From Abditibacteriaceae bacterium (GTDB lineage Bacteria; Armatimonadota; Abditibacteriia; Abditibacteriales; Abditibacteriaceae), in the NCBI GenBank assembly GCA_965277285.1, contig OZ255721.1:2464001-2528000 (forward strand): 64,000 bases of DNA. The letters run 5' to 3'. The position numbers were made by a program, and so were the translations under genes. Under the pieces are notes generated by a model. That model made no database searches. It was not told where the DNA came from and saw only the letters and a program-made list of their open reading frames with translations. This document shows, piece by piece, positions 9,788-20,028 of the stretch (the stretch's first letter is position 1; every line of letters begins with the position of its first letter).

Positions 9788-10570
9788 ATGGGTTTATTGG
9801 ATAACAAAGTCGCTTTTATTACGGGCGCGGCCAGTGGCATTGGCGCGAGCATGGCGAAGCGTTTCGCTCAGGAAGGTGCTCGCATCGCGCTGGCTGATGT
9901 TCAAAGCGAAGAAGGTCAAGCGTTGCGCGATGAGATCGTTTCCAATGGCGGAGAAGCTCTCTACATCGACTGCGATGTGACTGATGCTGAAGCGGTGCGC
10001 AAAGCCATTGACGCCACGGTTGAAAGGTTTGGCAGGCTCGACATCGTGTGCGCCAATGCGGGTATCAACGGCGTTTTCGCGCCCATTGAGGAGCTGCAAC
10101 CGCAGGAATGGGATCAAACTCTCGCCATCAATCTGCGCGGCACGTATTTGACGGTTCACTTTGCGGTGCCGCACTTGAAGGCGGCGCGTGGCGGCAGCAT
10201 CATTATTACCAGCAGCGTCAATGGCACATGAACTTTTTCCAACCCGGGCGCCAGCGCTTACAGCACTTCCAAAGCCGGTCAAATCGCTTTTATGAAGATG
10301 ATCGCGCTGGAGTTGGGGCGTCATCACATTCGCTGCAACGCGGTTTGCCCAGGCGCTATTCATACCAACATTGATGAGCGTACGGAGCCTCGACACACCG
10401 AGCAAATCGGCATCAAGGTCGAACTTCCTGAAGGCAGCCCAGCGCTCAATGAAGGTCAAGGCGAGCCGATTGATGTGGCGGACACTTGCCTTTTTCTGGC
10501 CTCTGATTTAGGGCGTCACGTTTCCGGCGTGGAAATTTATGTCGACGGCGGCGCCTCGCTTTTGCAGTAA
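9788..10570 (+). pseudogene. SDR oxidoreductase interrupted by an in-frame TGA (10229-10231)
   Basis: TGAASGIG, NAG, then SSVNGT*TFSNPGASAYSTSKAG. The catalytic YxxxK follows the stop in the same frame. Confidence 0.85.
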
Positions 10571-10603
10571 ATTTGTCTCACTCCAGCAAGTTGTAAAACG
10601 ACT

Positions 10604-10648
10604 AAAAAGCCGGACGCGTGATCTTTGAGGTCACGTCTCCGGCTTTTT
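10604..10648 (+). terminator. Intrinsic terminator
   Basis: aaaaagccgga...tccggcttttt hairpin after the SDR. Confidence 0.7.
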
Positions 10649-10706
10649 CAATTTACGGAGCAAAGCGCAACAATAAACTTGCGCATCAAAACGATATAAT
10701 GAGGTT

Positions 10707-11927
10707 ATGAAACGCCTTTTTCGCCGTATCGAGTACTCGATTGTCGTGATGCTGCTCTGCCTGACCGTTCCGGCGCGTGCGTGTCTCAATGACCGCGACA
10801 GCGATTCGCTGGCTGAAGAAGCGCAAGGTTTGCCTGATGTCGTGCAAGTGATTACGGGACGTTTCCCGCGCAACCCGCCGCTGTTCTATCAAATGCGCAT
10901 CGCGCGCGTTCAACAAGAACTGAAAAAGAATCCGCGCAACTTTCCACTGTATGACGACATCGCCGTTGCCTATGACCGCTTGGGTAACGACAACGAAGCG
11001 ATTCGCTGGATTGAAACCAAACGAAAATGGTTGCCACCGTTCAACGCCAACAATGCCACGCTAAAAGAAGATTGGTATCGCTATTACGCAAACGCAGGCA
11101 CGTTTCAGGCGCATCGCTGGCTGCGCAGCGGCGCTGATCGCAATAAAATTAGCGAAGTTGTGACCGCCCGCGACGAGATTGCGCGTGCGATGCAAATCAA
11201 GCCGAACGCGCATTTTGGCCGCGAGAAATATCAGCTTGCGGCGATGGAATGGATGATTTATCTGGTAAAAAGTCCCAACGACAACGATTATCATCACAAA
11301 ATCACATTCGTAACAGACAAGGATTTCGACAAACCGCGTCCGGCAATTGAAGGTTTAAGCGGTTTGGTTGTTTTGGGCAACGCGTGGGAAAGCATCGATA
11401 TTTTCAATGCCCTGCGCTTAGAATTGAGCAGCGATCAGAAATCGACTTTGGCATTATTGGCGCAATTGCGTTGCGAAGAACTGATCAAGAACGGCAAAAC
11501 TTCGCTTTCGACCGCTTATGACGATTCGCCAGCATCGCAACTTGCGCTTATCCAGCAAAGACGGAGCGTCTCATTACCACCAGTTTTCCCGAAAGACATC
11601 GCAAAGGCTTTTCATGCCTTGCGAGCCGAAGCCGAAAGCTGGCAGAACGCGCGCACCAATTACATGATGATTCGCCTGCAACAAGGTCGTCATCCCGATA
11701 CCGACAAAACGTTTTGGAACGAGTACTCGAACTCGGCGCCGCCTTCGTTGGAGCAATTCACGCCCGAATCGAAATGGCGACGCTATTACACAGCGCATTC
11801 GTTTAGCATTTGGTCGACCATTTTCACGTTTGCCTTACCTTTTTGGTTGATTGTCTGGTTCTCCAACAAAGTGCGAATTGCCATCAAGCGCCATTTGGCA
11901 GAAAAACGCAAAGTCTCTGCCGCGTAA
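10707..11927 (+). CDS. Hypothetical exported helical/TPR-like protein with C-terminal TM anchor
   Basis: Signal peptide, TPR-like segment (YDDIAVAYDRLG...EAI), NAHFGREKYQ, C-terminal hydrophobic helix. Confidence 0.75.
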   Translation: MKRLFRRIEYSIVVMLLCLTVPARACLNDRDSDSLAEEAQGLPDVVQVITGRFPRNPPLFYQMRIARVQQELKKNPRNFPLYDDIAVAYDRLGNDNEAIRWIETKRKWLPPFNANNATLKEDWYRYYANAGTFQAHRWLRSGADRNKISEVVTARDEIARAMQIKPNAHFGREKYQLAAMEWMIYLVKSPNDNDYHHKITFVTDKDFDKPRPAIEGLSGLVVLGNAWESIDIFNALRLELSSDQKSTLALLAQLRCEELIKNGKTSLSTAYDDSPASQLALIQQRRSVSLPPVFPKDIAKAFHALRAEAESWQNARTNYMMIRLQQGRHPDTDKTFWNEYSNSAPPSLEQFTPESKWRRYYTAHSFSIWSTIFTFALPFWLIVWFSNKVRIAIKRHLAEKRKVSAA

Positions 11928-11933
11928 AAGTTG

Positions 11934-13160
11934 TCACTTCGCCGCTAAAAAACGCCCCGCGGTGCCGATGGAAACCTCGTGCGTGTTATTTTGCACAATC
12001 GTGCGGCGCAGGAACAAGTTGCCGTAAGGTTCGACGCGCACGCCTTGCCAGACGTTTTTTTCAACTGTGCAATCTTGCAGCAAAGCCGTCGAGGTGGTTT
12101 CGGCGACAACGCCGGTGCGGTTTTCGTGGATGCTGCTGCCGCGCACAAACGCATCTCCGGCTTCAAAAACTTCCAGACCAGAATAAGCGGCGCCCGAAAT
12201 GTCGCAATTGTCGATGTCGGCGTGCGCGCGGTTATAAACGATGATGCCGCTGGTGCGCGCGCCGCTCACTTTGCAGCGCAAAATCCACGGCTGAGTACTC
12301 GATCCATACGCCGAAATGCCGACGCGCGAATCGGTTTGCACTTCGCAATCGGAAAGTAGGGAACGACCGGACGGGATTTCGACGGCGTGAAAACGATTGT
12401 TGCCACGAATGCTGACCTTCGCCTTGAAAACCAATTGGCTGATTGTCGCGCCATTGGCACGCAGCGATAAACACGGCGCATCGATGCTTTCGATAATCAC
12501 ATCGCCCAACTTGGAACCGACAATTTGCAAAGGTTTGTTCACGTTCAAACTTTCGTGATAATTTCCAGCAGCGATTTCGATGCGTGAAAACGGCGGCGCA
12601 TTTCTAATCGCCTGCGCGATACTTTTGTTGGCACCATCGGGCGAAACCATGATAGTTTTGACTGGCGTCCAACTTTTAATTGGCGCGATGCCACGAACAG
12701 GAATCGTCAACGGCTTTGGTCGCGGTTCTTTGATTGGCAAACCCAACGCGCGCAAACCGTTTCGCGCGCGCGTGGCATCCATGCCTTGTGCGCCAACTTT
12801 GAGCGCTTGGCGAAAGGCGCGTCCTGCTTCATCGCGTTGATCCAATGCGGCCTGCGTTTTCCCCAAACCAACCCAGGCGCGCGGATAGTCAGGCGCGATT
12901 TGCGTCGCCTGCACACACATCAAAAGCGCGCGCGAATATTGTCCGGCAAGATAATGGCGCGCCGCTTCGTCCACCAAAGCGTTGGCGCGGCGCTGCACCG
13001 CAACAGACGAACGCGCCTGAGCCGCTTGTGGCATGGTCGCCACCAGCCCACAGGACGCCAGTAAAACCAGACATAAACTCGCGCGAGGATGACGAACCAG
13101 CGAACCACTCTTGACCAACCATGCGACGCGACTGCCGCAATTCAAGGAATTTGTCTTCAT
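11934..13160 (-). CDS. Exported TPR + right-handed beta-helix (pectin-lyase-like) protein
   Basis: TPR (APDYPRAWVGLG), SIAQAI...IEIAAGNYHESL entry motif, then parallel beta-helix repeats. Confidence 0.85.
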   Translation of the reverse strand: MKTNSLNCGSRVAWLVKSGSLVRHPRASLCLVLLASCGLVATMPQAAQARSSVAVQRRANALVDEAARHYLAGQYSRALLMCVQATQIAPDYPRAWVGLGKTQAALDQRDEAGRAFRQALKVGAQGMDATRARNGLRALGLPIKEPRPKPLTIPVRGIAPIKSWTPVKTIMVSPDGANKSIAQAIRNAPPFSRIEIAAGNYHESLNVNKPLQIVGSKLGDVIIESIDAPCLSLRANGATISQLVFKAKVSIRGNNRFHAVEIPSGRSLLSDCEVQTDSRVGISAYGSSTQPWILRCKVSGARTSGIIVYNRAHADIDNCDISGAAYSGLEVFEAGDAFVRGSSIHENRTGVVAETTSTALLQDCTVEKNVWQGVRVEPYGNLFLRRTIVQNNTHEVSIGTAGRFLAAK

Positions 13161-13233
13161 AATGTTGTGCTTGCAGCTTCTGACACCTTATCGAGTACTC
13201 GATATGAAAAACTCAACGTTTTCCAAATTCTGA

Positions 13234-14712
13234 TTAGAACGGCAGCGCACTCGACTTGGCGTGATGCGAAATGCGCTTTGGCGCGCGATGCACCTTGGCG
13301 ACACGACGTGGTTTCGACACACGACGCACTATGCGACGCTCTGATTTTGAACGCTCGGCACGAACGCGACGCGCGCGGCGCAACGGACGAGCAGGATTTT
13401 TGATCACCAATTCAGGCGCCGAACTTTCCTCAGAGGAAGGCTGTGGAGCCGCTTGAGCTATCGTCTTGGTTGTCACGTTTGGCGTTGGTGAAAGCGCAAC
13501 TTTCGGTGTCGCTTGCGGCGCGATTTGAGGAGTTGCGGCGAGTTGCGGCGTGGCGCTTGGTTTTAGCGCGATCGTTGGTTTTAGTGTCGCTTCCGGTGTC
13601 GCAACGATGACAGGTTTCTGCGCGATGTTCGCTTTGAGTTTTTTTGGCGTCGCGCGGTGCGTGGTAGGCAGCGGGTTCGCCTCGTCGGGCGCGATTTTGC
13701 TTCGATGAAAAACGGTGAACGACAACAATGCGCCCAGCATCAACACGCCGCTGGTGACAATCATCACTGTTTTGGTCGGTGAATTCGATTTTTCGACGGG
13801 CGGCAGAACGACCTCGCGGTTCACCATCGGTGGCTCGACTTCGTTTTCCGGCTGATGAGCGTCTTGCAGCGCTTCGTGCAAAGCGTCTTGTACGGCATCG
13901 CGGTCTTGCCACTGGCGATCTTGCAAAGCCGCCAACATTTCGCTGCCCGAAGCAAATCGCGCGATTGGTTCCCATTGCAGCGCCTTGCGAATAATAGCGA
14001 CAATCCGCTCTGAAGCATCTGAGGGAATGCGCGCGAAAATCTGCTCTGGCTTTTCATCCTGCTCTTCGGCGTCCGGCAGCGATTGGCGAAAATGATTTTG
14101 CGTTCTTTGGCCATTCGCCGCGCTGCCAGCCAGCATTTGCGCCATCAGAACGCCCAGCGCATAAATGTCGCTGCGCGCATCGCCCATCTCGCCGCTTTGC
14201 TGCTCCGGGCTGCGATACAGCATTCCATCGCGTTGAACTTCGGGGTGCGCCTTGGCAAGTTGCGCCGCAAAGTCGGCCATTCCGAAATCGGTGATTTTCG
14301 CCGTTTCGTCGCGGCACAAGAAAACGCGCGATGCCGTCAAATGGCGATGTGCCAATCCCTGGCGATGCGCTTGCGCCACAGCCGCCACAATCTGTAGCGA
14401 AATCTCAAGCGATTCGTCTTCGCGCAGGGCGCCGCGCGTCAAACACGCTTCCAGGGTTTCGCCTTCCAAAGCTTCCAATACCAGGTAAGGCCGCCCTTGT
14501 TCGCGCACGACATCCAGCACGCGCATCGCATTCGGATGATGAACCTGCGCGCCAGTGCTTCCGGCTTGCTCGAACAGCGGCACCCACGCTTCGGTGCAGA
14601 AATCTTCGCGCAAACCTCTCATCGCCACGATGCGGCTGGGATTGCTCTGGCGCCCACGATAAACGTCCGCTAACACATCTCGCCCGATTAAAATGCCACG
14701 TTCATATTTCAT
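13234..14712 (-). CDS. PknB-like membrane Ser/Thr pseudokinase
   Basis: Kinase fold present (HPN, DFG, SPEQ, DARSDIYALG) but VAMR replaces VAxK and HRHLTASR replaces HRDxKxxN. TM helix and Pro/Ala/Thr-rich tail. Confidence 0.85.
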   Translation of the reverse strand: MKYERGILIGRDVLADVYRGRQSNPSRIVAMRGLREDFCTEAWVPLFEQAGSTGAQVHHPNAMRVLDVVREQGRPYLVLEALEGETLEACLTRGALREDESLEISLQIVAAVAQAHRQGLAHRHLTASRVFLCRDETAKITDFGMADFAAQLAKAHPEVQRDGMLYRSPEQQSGEMGDARSDIYALGVLMAQMLAGSAANGQRTQNHFRQSLPDAEEQDEKPEQIFARIPSDASERIVAIIRKALQWEPIARFASGSEMLAALQDRQWQDRDAVQDALHEALQDAHQPENEVEPPMVNREVVLPPVEKSNSPTKTVMIVTSGVLMLGALLSFTVFHRSKIAPDEANPLPTTHRATPKKLKANIAQKPVIVATPEATLKPTIALKPSATPQLAATPQIAPQATPKVALSPTPNVTTKTIAQAAPQPSSEESSAPELVIKNPARPLRRARRVRAERSKSERRIVRRVSKPRRVAKVHRAPKRISHHAKSSALPF

Positions 14713-14994
14713 TGAATGATAAAACCAAATCCTGCAAACCCGGTCGCCCGATTCCTACATGCACTGACAATTTTTATCGCGCGTTCGAGTACTCGAACGC
14801 GTATCGTCACCACTCACGCGCCAAAGTTGCCAACTGCAATTGCTGCACAAGAATTCGTCCAACCTGTTTCGTTTTCCACATCTCAGCGCGATTTGACAAT
14901 TTCACGCCACGATTGTTATTGTTTCGTGTTTGTTCAACGTTCAACGCAAGGTTCAACGCTTGCCGCGCGCGCTCGCAACGCTTAGGCTAAAGAT

Positions 14995-16446
14995 ATGAGC
15001 GAAAACACAGCAAACACACAAACCAATCAAACTCCTCTTGATTTAGAAACCCTGACGCCGCGCCAGATTGTGGCGGAATTGGACAAATACATCGTCGGGC
15101 AAGATGCGGCCAAGCGCGCGGTTGCCGTCGCGTTGCGCAATCGTTATCGCCGCTCCAAATTGTCGGCGGAAATGCGCGAAGACATTATCCCAAAAAACAT
15201 TTTGATGATCGGTTCGACCGGCGTCGGCAAAACTGAAATCGCGCGTCGCCTGGCGCACTTGGCGGGCGCGCCGATGCTCAAAGTCGAGGCGACCAAGTTC
15301 ACCGAAGTCGGCTACGTCGGGCGCGATGTCGATTCGATGATCCGCGACCTGACCGAAATCGGCGTTTCGATGGTCGAAAAAGAAAAACTCGAAAGCGTGC
15401 GCGAACAAGCCAAACTTTTAGCCGAAGATCGCGTACTCGATTTGCTGGTCGAAAAACCCAAGCGCCGTCGCAAAACCAATGCGCGCAACCCGTTCGAGTC
15501 GATGTTTGGCGGCGCGGAAAACGAAACCGAAGAAGACGATTCGCCAGGTTTTCAAGCGCAAAAAGAACAATCCGAGCGTTTACGAGCGCGCATGAAAGAA
15601 AAGCTAGCCAACGGCGAAATGGAAGACGCGCAGGTCGAAATCGAAATCGAGGAATCGCGCCAATCGCAAATCATCGGGCCGTTCGGCATGGGCGAAGCCG
15701 GTTTCGATATGCAAAACGCGCTCGAAGGCTTGATTCCCAAGAACCGCAAAAAGCGCAAAATGAAGATCGCCGACGCGCGTCGCGTACTCGAAAACGAAGA
15801 AGCCGCGCGCCTCATCGACCGCGACGCCGTCGTTTCCGAAGCTCTCGAGCGCGTGCAAAATAACGGCATTTTATTCATTGATGAACTGGACAAAGTCGCA
15901 GGACGCGAGGGCGCCAGCGGCCCGCAAGTTTCGCGTGAAGGCGTGCAACGCGACATCTTGCCGATTGTCGAAGGCTTCAGCGTCGCCACCAAATATGGGC
16001 AAGTGCGCACCGATCACATTTTGTTCATCGCGGCGGGCGCTTTTCATGTTTCCAAGCCAAGTGACCTCATTCCCGAATTGCAAGGCCGCTTCCCGATTCG
16101 CGTCGAATTGGAAAACCTGACCGAAGCCGACTTTCGCCGCATTCTGACCGAACCGCGCAACGCGTTGTTGAAACAATACTCGGCGCTTTTGGGAGCCGAC
16201 GGCGTCCATCTCGAATTCGCGCCCGACGGCATCGAAGAAATCGCGCGCCTGGCGCAACAAGTCAACGAGCAAACCGAAAATATCGGCGCCAGGCGTTTGC
16301 ACACCATCGTCGAAAAACTGCTCGATGAAGTTTCCTTCGCCGCGCCCGAAGTGTCAGAAAACCACGTCCTCGTAAATGCCGATTACGTCCGCGAACGCTT
16401 GGGAGAACTGGTCAAAAACGAGGATTTAAGCCGTTATATTCTGTAG
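14995..16446 (+). CDS. hslU: ATP-dependent protease ATPase subunit HslU
   Basis: [44 protein letters not shown] and NIGARRL motifs. Confidence 0.98.
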   Translation: MSENTANTQTNQTPLDLETLTPRQIVAELDKYIVGQDAAKRAVAVALRNRYRRSKLSAEMREDIIPKNILMIGSTGVGKTEIARRLAHLAGAPMLKVEATKFTEVGYVGRDVDSMIRDLTEIGVSMVEKEKLESVREQAKLLAEDRVLDLLVEKPKRRRKTNARNPFESMFGGAENETEEDDSPGFQAQKEQSERLRARMKEKLANGEMEDAQVEIEIEESRQSQIIGPFGMGEAGFDMQNALEGLIPKNRKKRKMKIADARRVLENEEAARLIDRDAVVSEALERVQNNGILFIDELDKVAGREGASGPQVSREGVQRDILPIVEGFSVATKYGQVRTDHILFIAAGAFHVSKPSDLIPELQGRFPIRVELENLTEADFRRILTEPRNALLKQYSALLGADGVHLEFAPDGIEEIARLAQQVNEQTENIGARRLHTIVEKLLDEVSFAAPEVSENHVLVNADYVRERLGELVKNEDLSRYIL

Positions 16447-16456
16447 GTTTACAATT

Positions 16457-17356
16457 ATGAAAACACAGAAAATTGCACCAAATGTGGCGTGTCTGCCCAT
16501 CGCTTTTGTCAATGCTTATTTTGTCGGCACGCGCGACAACTGGGTTCTGATCGATTGCGGTTTGCCACACACTTTCGACCGAATTCGCGCTGCCGCGACA
16601 GAACTTTTTGGCGACGCGCCACCTTCGGCGATTTTGCTGACGCACGGGCATTTCGATCACAGTGGCGCGGCGCTTCAGGCCATCGAGTACTGGAAGGTGC
16701 CAATTTATGCGCATCCTCTGGAAATGCCGTATCTGACGGCGCGTTCATCGTATCCGCCGCCCGACCCGACTGTGGGCGGCGCGCTGGGTTTTATGAGTCG
16801 CTTCATGCCCGCGCGCGCCACCGATTTAAGCCCACATTTGCAACCTTTGCCAGAGGACGGCAGCGTGCCGTTTCTGAACGATTGGCGCTGGATTTTCACG
16901 CCGGGGCACGCACCCGGCCACGTCTCGTTTTTCCGCGAAAGTGACAAGACCTTGATCGCGGGCGATGCGTTGGCCACCGCCGACATGGATAAATGGGGCG
17001 CGGCGATGTTCAAGCGACCGCAGAAAATTGCGCGCTCGGGCACGCCTTTCATTTGCGATTGGGACAAAACACGCGCGTCGGCACAAGCTCTCGCGCCATT
17101 GCAGCCGCGCGTTGTGGCGTGCGGTCACGGCATTCCGATGAGCGGCGAAGATGTCGCATCGCAACTGGACAATTTCGCAGCGAACTTCCCGATTCCCTTG
17201 CATGGGCGCTATGTCGAAGAAGCCGCGCAAACCGACGCGAATGGCATCGTTTCGCTGCCGCCTGCGCCGCCCGATGTGCTGCCCAAAGTTGCAATCGGAA
17301 TTGGCGCCATACTTCTCGCCGCGCAACTGATGAAGAGGAGGAGAAGCGACTCGTGA
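16457..17356 (+). CDS. MBL-fold metallo-hydrolase (YflN-like)
   Basis: THGHFDH, TPGHAPGH, AGDA and CGHG motifs. Confidence 0.92.
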   Translation: MKTQKIAPNVACLPIAFVNAYFVGTRDNWVLIDCGLPHTFDRIRAAATELFGDAPPSAILLTHGHFDHSGAALQAIEYWKVPIYAHPLEMPYLTARSSYPPPDPTVGGALGFMSRFMPARATDLSPHLQPLPEDGSVPFLNDWRWIFTPGHAPGHVSFFRESDKTLIAGDALATADMDKWGAAMFKRPQKIARSGTPFICDWDKTRASAQALAPLQPRVVACGHGIPMSGEDVASQLDNFAANFPIPLHGRYVEEAAQTDANGIVSLPPAPPDVLPKVAIGIGAILLAAQLMKRRRSDS

Positions 17357-18015
17357 ATACGCGCTTTTCTACGTCTTCGATTTCACCGTCTTTGCCATTG
17401 CGTGCCATCGTCTGGCTTTTGGCGTCGTTGTCTTTTGCAGCTTTATTGTGGGAGTTTTACGGCTTGGGGAAGATGCGCAGCTTCGCCTTCGTCACCTTTC
17501 TTCCAGCGGTAATTGCGCTGGTTTGGCTGGCGAGATCGAGTACTCGATTGCGGCAAATTATCGTGGAAGGCGCGACTGGCGGCGTGGTTGCAGCGATTGT
17601 GTACGATACTTTCCGCGTGCCGTTCGTGTTGCACGGGTTTCCGTTGTTCGCGGTTTTCCCCAAGTTCGGACAAATGCTGCTCAACATTCCGTTGTCCATT
17701 CCGCCCGCCAAAGTACCGATTATGGTGCATCTTCTCGGCTGGACGTATCACTTCATCAACGGCGCGTCGTTGGGCATCATGTATGCGGCGATGTGCGCTT
17801 CAACCAAGCGAAACGTCATCTTCTGGGGCGCCGCGTTGTGGGCGGTCGCGGTAGAAACGTTGCTTTTGCTATCGCCGTATTACAGCTTCTTCCAACTCAA
17901 AATGGATCACGGCACGTTTCTGGTTTTAACGCTCAGCGCGCATTTAGTTTTCGGTTTGGTGCTGGGTTGGTGGCTCAGTCGCCGACTTTCGAGTACTCGA
18001 TTGGCTCAGAGTTAA
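17353..18015 (+). CDS. Hypothetical membrane protein
   Basis: GTG start overlaps the upstream stop. Multiple TM helices and GWTYHFINGASLG. Confidence 0.75.
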   Translation: MNTRFSTSSISPSLPLRAIVWLLASLSFAALLWEFYGLGKMRSFAFVTFLPAVIALVWLARSSTRLRQIIVEGATGGVVAAIVYDTFRVPFVLHGFPLFAVFPKFGQMLLNIPLSIPPAKVPIMVHLLGWTYHFINGASLGIMYAAMCASTKRNVIFWGAALWAVAVETLLLLSPYYSFFQLKMDHGTFLVLTLSAHLVFGLVLGWWLSRRLSSTRLAQS

Positions 18016-18090
18016 ACCGCCAAGTCGCCAAGAAGTTACACAGAAAAAATCATCAAGCCCTTGAATTTCTTCTTGGCGTTCTTGGCGGTT
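18015..18090. repeat. Inverted repeat (aaccgccaag family) between convergent genes
   Basis: aaccgccaagtcgccaagaag pairs with cttcttggcgttcttggcggtt. Related half-sites near 44613, 51853 and 58108. Confidence 0.75.
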
Positions 18091-18092
18091 AT

Positions 18093-18752
18093 TCAATTTT
18101 CTAATTCCATGTTGCGAAAAGGTGGCGCGAAGCCGTCGGTGTGCGGCGTAGTCGGCGACGAAGGAGCAAGTTCGATAATCTGCGTTACTTCCAAAGGCGG
18201 CAAACCCAGTTCGATGCGCGCGGCAGCCGGAGCGTTGACACCGACAGCCGGAATAAAAATCTGCTTGGGCGTGATGCCTTTATACGTCATGGCGACTTCA
18301 TCGCAACCCGCGTCATATTTCGGGCAATTCACGCATTCGCTCCACACGCGCTGTGGCAAATAACTCATGTGAATGGCGTGGAAATCGAGCTTCTTGAAAA
18401 ACTCCATTTTGTTGGTCAAAGTGTAAACGCAGAAAACGCCCAGCATTTCGACTTCGCTCATCACCGATTCGACCAACTGGCGTCCCCAACCCTGACCCTG
18501 AACTTCATCGGCGACCGCCAAAGCCTTCAACTCCGCCAAACCGTCCCACTGCGATTGCAGCGCGCAGCAACCCAGCACGCGGTCGTTTTCGTCCACCAAA
18601 ATCGTGTAATCGCGGATGTGTTCATACAATTCGGTCAGGCTGCGGCGCAACATATGACCTTCTTTGTGTTCCTCGTCGGTACGCGACGCCATCTCGTTAA
18701 TGAGCGCGCGGATCTGCGTCACGTCGGTGTTGCGGGCTTTGCGAAGGTGCAT
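18093..18752 (-). CDS. Short GNAT N-acetyltransferase (ArgA-like N-acetylglutamate synthase)
   Basis: LRRSLTELYEHIRDY, LAELKALAV, QGQGWG, LPQRVWSECVNCPK. The ORF extension above 18752 is repeat sequence. Confidence 0.85.
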   Translation of the reverse strand: MHLRKARNTDVTQIRALINEMASRTDEEHKEGHMLRRSLTELYEHIRDYTILVDENDRVLGCCALQSQWDGLAELKALAVADEVQGQGWGRQLVESVMSEVEMLGVFCVYTLTNKMEFFKKLDFHAIHMSYLPQRVWSECVNCPKYDAGCDEVAMTYKGITPKQIFIPAVGVNAPAAARIELGLPPLEVTQIIELAPSSPTTPHTDGFAPPFRNMELEN

Positions 18753-18765
18753 AATAAATGGAATA

Positions 18766-18866
18766 AACCACAGAGACACAAAGAACACAGAGATTTCTAA
18801 GAGGAAATATTGAGTACTCGATTCGCTATTTCTTCTTTTCTCTGTGTTCTTTGTGTCTCTGTGGTT
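18766..18866. repeat. Inverted repeat enclosing a near-palindrome copy
   Basis: aaccacagagacacaaagaacacagaga pairs with tctctgtgttctttgtgtctctgtggtt. Confidence 0.85.
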
Positions 18867-18869
18867 CAA

Positions 18870-19973
18870 TTACTCTTCCGTTGTAACAGTTTGTTTCGCC
18901 AGGTCTTCGTGGATCACGTTCATCAAAGTCTCGAGCTGCTTGTCGGTTGTGGCGCGCGCCACGATTTCGCCTTTTTTGAAAATCAAGCTGATGCCGTTGC
19001 CGCCTGCGACGCCATAATCGGCGGCTTTGGCCTCGCCCGGCCCGTTCACTTCGCAACCCATCACGGCAATCGAAATCGGTTGCGAAATATTGCCAATCGC
19101 TTCGTTGACCTGCTCGGCCAAAGGCACCACATCAATGTCGCATCTGCCGCAACTGGGGCACGAAATCACGTTCGGGCCGCGACGACGCAGTTCCAATGCC
19201 TGCAAAATATCCCAGCCGACTTTCACTTCGTCAACCGGATCGCCCGTCAGAGAAACGCGCAGCGTGTCGCCCAAACCGTCGCCCAGCATCATGCCCAAAC
19301 CCATCGCGCTTTTGACAGTTCCGATGCGCGTAATTCCCGCTTCAGTAATTCCCAGATGCAACGGATAATCGCCCAACTCTTCGGCTGCCAAACGATACGC
19401 CGCGACGCAAGTTTTCACGTCGGAGGCTTTGAGCGAAATGATGACATCGCCGAAACCTTCCTTGTCGAAATACGATAGCTCGCGCTTGGCGCTTTCCACA
19501 ATGGCGCGCGGCGTCAGGCCATAACGCGCTTTGATGTCGGGATCGAGGCTGCCCGCGTTGACGCCGATTCTGATAGGAACAGAACGTTCTTTGGCGGCGC
19601 GCACGATGTCGCGGATTTTCATTTCGTTGCGAATGTTGCCCGGGTTCAAGCGCAATTTATCGACGCCCTGCTCCAGCGCGATCATGGCGAACTTTGCGTT
19701 GAAATGAATGTCGGCGACCAGAGGAATCTGTATGTTCAATCGAATCCATCCCAGCGCTTTGGCGGCGGCTTCATCGGGCACCGCGACGCGCACCAGGTCG
19801 GCGCCGGCTTGCTGAATTTGAAGGATCTGCGCGATCGTCGCATCGACATCGTGTGTTTTGGTTTTCGCCATCGTTTGCACGGCGATTGGCGCGTCGCCGC
19901 CGATGAAGATGTTGCCGACTTTAATTTTGCGCGTCGGGCGACGCAATATGTGAAGTTCTTCGTCGAATTTCAT
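18870..19973 (-). CDS. ispG: HMBPP synthase IspG
   Basis: PLVADIHF, RLNPGNI, RIGVNAGSL, CPSCGR and MGCEVNGPGE motifs. Confidence 0.97.
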   Translation of the reverse strand: MKFDEELHILRRPTRKIKVGNIFIGGDAPIAVQTMAKTKTHDVDATIAQILQIQQAGADLVRVAVPDEAAAKALGWIRLNIQIPLVADIHFNAKFAMIALEQGVDKLRLNPGNIRNEMKIRDIVRAAKERSVPIRIGVNAGSLDPDIKARYGLTPRAIVESAKRELSYFDKEGFGDVIISLKASDVKTCVAAYRLAAEELGDYPLHLGITEAGITRIGTVKSAMGLGMMLGDGLGDTLRVSLTGDPVDEVKVGWDILQALELRRRGPNVISCPSCGRCDIDVVPLAEQVNEAIGNISQPISIAVMGCEVNGPGEAKAADYGVAGGNGISLIFKKGEIVARATTDKQLETLMNVIHEDLAKQTVTTEE

Positions 19974-20028
19974 AAGTGTCCTTCGAGTTTCGAGTACTCG
20001 ATGTGCGACTATTTACGACAAGTGTTTG

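Noticed and set aside
10229..10231. Selenocysteine or alternative genetic code at the SDR TGA
   Set aside because: The position is not an obvious catalytic Cys, and TGA terminates many ordinary genes in this window.
18753..18869. N-terminal extensions in the ORF track (GNAT here, also rsmI 7634, TetX-like 30963, MarR 3925)
   Set aside because: They run through repeat or palindrome sequence. Downstream ATGs match the family N-termini.
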